NCBI RefSeq assembly: GCF_006345805.1
Contig: NW_021835807.1
Span: 1-15,684 of the forward strand
Length of the DNA stretch: 15,684 nucleotides
Source: Octopus sinensis
Taxonomy: Eukaryota
Reading direction: 5' to 3'
The notes beneath the pieces were generated by a model, which saw nothing but the letters and a program-made list of their open reading frames with translations, did not search any database and had not been told where the DNA came from. A program made the position numbers and the translations under genes. Each line of letters opens with the position of its first letter. Positions within the stretch are counted from its first letter, which is position 1. Shown here in pieces: positions 9,994-15,684 of the stretch.

Positions 9994-10368
9994 ATGCAAT
10001 ATACTGTAGTTTACCAATGCACTGTAGATACACAATTGAGTAGTAGGGTGTATATCGGGGCAACTATGAATAGCATAAAACAAAGATGGAATTATCATAG
10101 ATATACTTTTAGGAATAAAAATAGAATGTACTCTACAGGGCTAAGTGCATATATTTGGGAACTTAAAAGTAAGAACTTAGATTTTAGATTAAACTGGAAA
10201 ATACTAACTTCAGCACCTGTGTATAATGGAAAAAATAAAAAATGCTCTCTATGTATTAATGAAATTTTCTTCATTATTAAAGCGGGTCGGCAAATTATTA
10301 ACAACATTAATGAGAAAAACTTCTTTTGTATTCATAGGCTACCGTTCACCTTTTCTAGATTCAAATAG
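9994..10368 (+). CDS. Stand-alone GIY-YIG endonuclease, 124 aa, Penelope-like (Naiad-type) with C-terminal CxxC...CxH
   Basis: VVY...YIGAT, KQRWNYH, TGLSAYIWELK, LNWKIL, CSLCINE (predicted catalytic Glu), INNINE, FCIH; no frameshift or internal stop. The Naiad assignment is by motif recall, not a search. Confidence 0.82.
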   Translation: MQYTVVYQCTVDTQLSSRVYIGATMNSIKQRWNYHRYTFRNKNRMYSTGLSAYIWELKSKNLDFRLNWKILTSAPVYNGKNKKCSLCINEIFFIIKAGRQIINNINEKNFFCIHRLPFTFSRFK

Positions 10369-10658
10369 AACTTAGCACTTCCACTATTATCAATTTTTTA
10401 ATTCCCTTCTTTAACTAAATATACCTGTGGTCTTCTATAATTCTAAAGTATACAATTTATAAATTTCATAATTTTATAATTTTTATAGCTACATTTGTAT
10501 AATAATTAATGGATGTGTCTAGCATTATTGGTTTCTTGGTTTTTGTATGTGGGTTTTTGTTTGTTTTTTTAAGAGAAATGCAATATGACAGAAAATAACA
10601 TATTCATTTTGGTATTTGCCTTGTAATGTGTGATTTTTGAAGTTTTCCAATATTGCAT

Positions 10659-12060
10659 AGTATATTGCATAGTATATATGTATATCTTGGTTAGATACCT
10701 AGCTCTGGATAATGTAATGATATTGTATAATATGTAATATATGAGAGCCTTTTGTGAGTTGTGGTGGGTTTAGGTTGAGATTATAGGTTTTTTATGTGCT
10801 TTTTGGAAGGTTTTTATTATATATTGGTCTTTTTGTACTCACCTTAATTTTATCTTATGCTATTCACTGATAAACCTTTTTCATTTTTTTCATTTCTCAT
10901 TTACATGCATTTTGCTTTATAATTGTTACCAGCCTCATATATTTAGTTTATATCTATAGTCCTCTGGATCTGTACTTTAAACTATCCTTCCATAATATTA
11001 CTTTCAACAATATAAAATATATATATTCATTATTTATTTATTTATTTCCCATTTTATTGTAATTATCAATATTTGCATCTAGTCTTCTATTTATTTATTT
11101 ATTTGCCTATTTAAGTGTGGATGTTTACATACATATCAAGTCATCTAATTTGTTACCTATTATTTTTTACTTATTTACTTATACTGGTGTAGTTTTACTA
11201 CATATCTATCATTTATTTTTATTTAATTTTAATAATATATGAATACATATATACTAGTTTGTACTTATAATTATGTGTATAAACGTATTTATTCCTTCGT
11301 ATTTATTCCTTTTTATTTATTTTATCTCTTTTCATCTTAAGTCTTTATAATATAAAATTTATTTAAAATTTCTGTGATGTTCTCATAAGCGTTTACATTA
11401 ATACTTCCCCTTCTATTCTTTATTGCCTAAACTGGTATGTTATGGCACTATACTTATTAAGTTAATAAGTGACTTATTTATAATATTTAAATTAATATAT
11501 ATTTTATATTTATATTTTATAATTTAGCGTACTTAAAATCATAACAAATACGATAAACCTAACAACCGTATGTTTACTCTGCAACAAACCGGTGTTATAA
11601 ATTTTAAGTTTACCCATGAAATAATTATCTGAATTAGTAAACCATATGATATTTAAAATTATATTTATATCTAATTAAATATTTTATAGAATGCATGGAT
11701 GGTTTTTTTTTGTTATTGAGGCTCAGTTATAATTTTGAAGGACTTAATGTTAGCATAGTTGCTTCCCTTTTTGTTTATCTAAGTGTTAGTTATTGCTTAT
11801 GATTATGTATGTGTATAAGTGTATGTATATACATATAACTATGTGTGTATGTGCGATTGATCTGTAGATGCGTGTGTAAATATTGGCGTTCCTTAACTAA
11901 CCAACCGTATAATTTTCTTTTGTGATTTAAATTTCAAACCAATAGCCAATCGAATTAATCTAAATTTTCTTTACCTAGTGGTCAGCATTTCTTAACTCAT
12001 AGTTATTTCGATCTTGAAAGGATGGACTTGGTGCTAACTTAACTGTATCTATTTTTATTA

Positions 12061-12103
<43 letters not shown>

Positions 12104-12757
12104 AGTAATTTTTATTAACTTTTATAGCTTTAGAATTTTATGAACTGTACCACGGATTTAATTATTATTTTTCATCTCCATATGTGTTAGCCCCTTTTTT
12201 TTATAAAAAAAACTATTAGCTAAATATGTATGATATCGGTACTTATTAATATTATATATACACTGTTATATATTTTGTTTTATTTTGTTCTGTTTACCTT
12301 CCTTTTTGTACAAATGTGTATTATATTATATAAGTGTAGCATTATGATGTATAAGTTTTTATATTTACATTTTTATATTTTTATATTTATATGTATATGA
12401 TTATATAATTATTTTTCACTATTATAACAAATTTAATTTAATTCTCTGAAGAGGCCGTGGGGCATCTTTGTTAATGCCTCATTTATACCTGCCTTTATGG
12501 CTTATAGGTTAAATGAGGTATGACTGTCCTCACTGCCGAAACAGCTGTCAGTTTTGATTTATTTGCATATTATATTTGAAATTTTTTACTTATATCTCTT
12601 TATCTTTTTACTTTTACTATTCTTTTTACTTTTACTATTACTGTATATCTCATTTCATTTTATATATTGCCTTTACTCATATGTAATGGTGTATTAAAGT
12701 ATGGATTGAGTATCATCGGGATAGTTGATGTTTTTACTGATTTAAGTATGTTTCTCC
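10659..12757 (+). repeat. Right arm of ~2.1-kb inverted repeat
   Basis: Reverse complement of 7896-10005 with scattered small indels and substitutions. Confidence 0.95.
12438..12557 (+). ncRNA. Type I hammerhead ribozyme motif with 85-nt stem II (right arm, downstream of and sense to GIY-YIG)
   Basis: CUGAAGA 12446-12452; stem II GGC...GCC 12453-12537; GAAA 12538-12541; palindromic ACAGCUGU stem-loop III; GUC^ at 12547-12549. Stem I is weak (2 bp, UU/UU, then ~4 bp). Confidence 0.72.
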
Positions 12758-12770
12758 CTCTTATTTGTTA

Positions 12771-12772
<2 letters not shown>

Positions 12773-12816
<44 letters not shown>

Positions 12817-12849
12817 TATATATATATATATATATCTATATATGTATAT
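12773..12849. repeat. (TA)n microsatellite
   Basis: Direct inspection. Confidence 0.9.
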
Positions 12850-12966
12850 GATTGATGATTGATTGATTATATATATGGTTCCGTTTTCAGATTATAATAT
12901 ATGGGTTTGATTGATTATATATATATGGTTCCGTTTTCAGATTATATATATATGGTTCCGTTTTCA
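12850..12966. repeat. (GATT)n plus three ~25-27-bp copies of GATTATATATATGGTTCCGTTTTCA; possible retroelement 3' tail on the minus strand
   Basis: Copies at about 12865, 12913 and 12940; the tail resembles that of the 4761 stub. Confidence 0.65.
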
Positions 12967-13400
12967 GCAGAGAAAAGACGTGATTGCCTTTGCTCTGTGA
13001 AAAAGTCTGCATAGAACGGCGAATAACCCACTGTAGTTGCAAAACATAAAACTCTAAGTCATAGAGATCACACAACACTTTGGTTAAAAATATTTTTAAA
13101 AATATATATATAAATATATACATATACACAGTAATTTTCATTTTCCCTGAAACGCACATGGTGCAAAAATAACTGAATCAAGTTATCTCCTGCAAGAAAG
13201 AAAAAAGAAGCATCTCTCCCGAAAAAAATCCCGTAAATCAAAAAAATTATCCAGACCACATTGTTGGATTAAGTATCAATTTCATCTATTTCATATTTTA
13301 TTTATTATTCTATTTTATCTTTCACTTAGGCCCACATCTTAGTTAAAGTTGCGATCGTCATTTGGTTTGTTTACATTTTCAATAACTGTTCTCGATATAA

Positions 13401-14570
13401 TAATTTTCCAGATACTCTATCTTCTAATTAGCCTTAAGATTAAATTAAATAACGTTTAATATTGATACCGTCAAATTAGCCTTAGGATTAAATTAAATAA
13501 CGTTTAATATTGTTAATAATTATTGTTAATTAGCCTTAAGATTAAATTAAATAACGTTTAATATTGTTTTAATATTGTTAATAATTTTTCAGATACTCTA
13601 TCTTCTAATTAGCCTTAAGATTAAATTAAATAACGTTTAATATTAATAACGTCTAATTAGCCTTAGGATTAAATTAAATAACATTTAATATTGTTAATAA
13701 TTATTGTTAATTAGCCTTAGGATTAAATTAAATAACGTTTAATATTGTTAATAATTACTGTTAATTAGCCTTAAGATTAAATTAAATAACGTTTAATATT
13801 GTCTAATATTGTTAATAATTATTGTTAATTAGCCTTAGGATTAAATTAAATAACGTTTAATATTGTTTAATATTGTTAATAATTATTGTTAATTAGCCTT
13901 AAGATTAAATTAAATAACGTTTAATATTGTTTTAATATTGTTAATACTTCTTCAGATACTCTATCTTCTAATTAGCCTTAAGATTAAATTAAATAACGTT
14001 TAATATTACCCACACTCTAATATAATATTAACATTGCTAATATATTTTCAGATACTCTATCTCCTGATTAGTCTTAAGATTAAATAACGTTTTTATCCAC
14101 ACTCTAATATAATATTAATATTGCTAATATATTTTCAGATACTCTATCTTCTAATTAGCCTTAAGATTAAATTAAATAACGTTTAATATTAATAACGTCT
14201 AATTAGCCTTAAGATTAAATTAAATATGGTTAATATTGCTTAATATTGTATATATAATTTTTCAGATACTCTGTCTTCTAATTAGCCTTAAGATTAAATT
14301 AAATAACGTTTAATATTACCCACACTCTAATATAATATTAATATTGCTAATATATTTTCAGATACTCTATCTCCAAATTAGCCTTAAGATTAAATAACGT
14401 TTTTTACCCACACTCTAATATAATTAATATTGCTAATATATTTTCAGATACTCTATCTCCTAATTAGCCTTAAGATTAAATAACGTTTTTTACCCAAATA
14501 ACGTTTTTACACAAACTTTAATATTGTTAATATTTCTTTTTCAAGTACTCTATCTTCTAATTAGCCTTAA
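13401..14570. repeat. Modular AT-rich minisatellite, 17 copies of core AATTAGCCTTA(A/G)GATTAAATTAAATAACGTTT with shuffled linkers
   Basis: Counted by eye; recurring linkers CAGATACTCTATCTTCT, GTTAATAATTATTGTT, CCCACACTCTAATATAATATT. Confidence 0.9.
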
Positions 14571-14631
14571 TATCTTCCTGTCTTCTCTCGAACATAATTA
14601 GATAGATAAACGGATAGACGGATTATCCAGC

Positions 14632-15565
14632 ATGTCCAGAGCATGGAGACTTGACGAGCTGGATTTATTCGTACGAGCATGGGAGTGCGCCGGCGGAGAT
14701 AGCCCTAGCGAGATGATTGCGGCTGCGCTGAAGAGCAGAGGCTACAAGAGGACAGCGGCTCAGATGGAGCGAAAGAGACAGGAATTCGTGCGCTCATATG
14801 CGCTTGTACGGTCGCACATCGTGCGCTCATATGCGCTTGTACGGTCGCACATTGGCGCACTTGATGCATCTTTGAGAAGCGGGGCAAGATGGCAAGAATG
14901 GAGACGATGAAAGAAGTCACCCCCACCTGGTGGACGCCAGGAGGAGGTTTTGAATGAGAAACCTGCCCGGGAAGTGAACCCAGGTGCAAGTTCTCCACCG
15001 GCAGCAAGGGCCATGGAGACGGAGAACCTGGTGAAGAGGTAGAGGGAGGAAGAAGAACTAAAGAAGGACTGGAAGAGCTAAAGGAAAAGAAAAGCTCAAG
15101 CAGGACCAAAGAGTGAAACAACCAGGAATAGAAGTGGAACCGCAAAGGATGGAACCAAACAGCGCACACGGGTGTGTACGTTCTACCTGAGAGGTTCCTG
15201 CTGGCACGGAAAGGAAGTGCAGGCTGCCGCTTTGCACATCGGGGACCCTGCCACAGAGACACGAGGCAGATGGACAAACCATCAACACAAAGAAAATGGA
15301 TGGACTACGCACCACCTGCCCCAAGCGGAGGTACGCAGATGTTGTGCGCGCCACAAACAGCCAACATGATGTTGTCGAAAGAGCAGCTGCTGAGCAACAA
15401 TCTTTTTTGTGCATGGCACAAAAGATTGTACAGCAGCTGACCTGGCTTCATCAAACCCAAGCCCGCAGGTGGGACTACCAACTATATACCAGACCCACAC
15501 AGCAAACAGACACAGGATGGACACCGCCGGCAACAACGTACACCTCACCCCGATACTCCTACTGA
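14632..15565 (+). pseudogene. LINE B ORF1 (Myb/SANT-like 14644-14817; CCCH 15175-15239), frameshifted
   Basis: 27 of 58 residues identical to the LINE A Myb-like domain without gaps; CTFYLRGSCWHGKEGAGCRFAH after restoring one G; RRYADVVR...AQKIVQQLTWLH matches QKYADIVR...AEKIVGQLAWIH. Confidence 0.8.
14786..14851 (+). repeat. Perfect 33-bp tandem duplication, in frame (VRSYALVRSHI x2)
   Basis: TCGTGCGCTCATATGCGCTTGTACGGTCGCACA twice. Confidence 0.95.
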
Positions 15566-15684
15566 ACATCAGAGGACTGCAAACACTCAGTAACAGGACA
15601 AAGATCCCGTTCCTGAGAGACTTTGTTGCATGCAATCAAGCCTTATGCATAGCACTTACAGAAACGCACCTGAAACCGGACATA
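15517..15684 (+). CDS. LINE B ORF2 N-terminus (APE endonuclease), truncated by the window end; not in the ORF track
   Basis: MDTAGNNVHLTPILLLNIRGLQTLSNRTKIPFLRDFVACNQALCIALTETHLKPDI aligns with LINE A VLLLNVRGL...SKIPYLRD...ICIALTETHL. Confidence 0.88.
   Translation, partial: MDTAGNNVHLTPILLLNIRGLQTLSNRTKIPFLRDFVACNQALCIALTETHLKPDI

Larger units (their letters stand above)
7896..10005 (-). repeat. Left arm of ~2.1-kb inverted repeat
   Basis: Checked at several points, e.g. 8084-8190 vs 12443-12549, ~9600-9740 vs ~10920-11050, 9984-10005 vs 10659-10680. Confidence 0.95.
7896..12757 (+). mobile_element. Palindromic, RT-less Penelope-like (Naiad-type) element: inverted arms with hammerheads around a GIY-YIG ORF
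   Basis: Arms 7896-10005 and 10659-12757 are reverse complements; 653-bp unique spacer; GIY-YIG plus minimal hammerhead is the PLE signature. Weak similarity may extend to ~7878 and ~12772. Confidence 0.8.
14571..15684 (+). mobile_element. LINE B: 5' part of a second, diverged LINE of the same type as LINE A; runs off the window
   Basis: Myb-like, CCCH, YADVV and APE N-terminus in the same order as LINE A; the 5' boundary is approximate. Confidence 0.88.

Noticed and set aside
12453-12537. Long hairpin as a SECIS element, as reported for some Naiad elements
   Set aside because: No AUGA/GA quartet with an apical AAR loop in register, and the GIY-YIG ORF has no in-frame TGA
12887-13259. ORFs 12887-13159 and 13068-13259; also 7928-8113 and 10095-10307
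   Set aside because: Short, compositionally biased, no motifs
13401-14570. CRISPR-like look of a conserved core with variable spacers
   Set aside because: Spacers are reused modules rather than unique sequences; eukaryotic context; no cas genes
1-15684. LINE RT, stand-alone GIY-YIG and hammerhead array as one cooperating system
   Set aside because: No shared sequence or termini, the two hammerhead types differ, and TA tracts separate the parts; shared target preference is simpler. Not excluded, but unsupported from one locus.

Overview
AT-rich eukaryotic, probably invertebrate, DNA with no host gene. Long (TA)n/(TATATG)n microsatellite tracts separate several retroelements. (1) 37-4648, minus strand: a near full-length APE-RT LINE (CR1/L2/Jockey group) with many 1-bp frameshifts; its ORF1 combines a Myb/SANT (trihelix)-like domain and a CCCH zinc finger. 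(2) 4761-4819: a ~60-bp 3'-end stub of a related LINE. (3) 6001-7434: 2.6 tandem copies of a ~540-bp non-coding unit, each with a minimal type I hammerhead ribozyme motif on the minus strand (retrozyme/pLTR-like). (4) 7896-12757: a ~4.9-kb palindrome whose ~2.1-kb inverted arms each carry a hammerhead motif with an 85-nt stem II; the spacer holds an uninterrupted 124-aa Penelope/Naiad-type GIY-YIG ORF with no RT, and its ATG comes from the inverted arm. (5) 13401-14570: a modular AT-rich minisatellite. (6) 14571-end, plus strand: the 5' part of a second, diverged LINE with the same Myb + CCCH ORF1. The strongest candidates for something undescribed are the hammerhead array, the nuclease-only hammerhead palindrome and the Myb+CCCH ORF1. 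All alignments and folds were done by eye, and coordinates may be off by a few bases.
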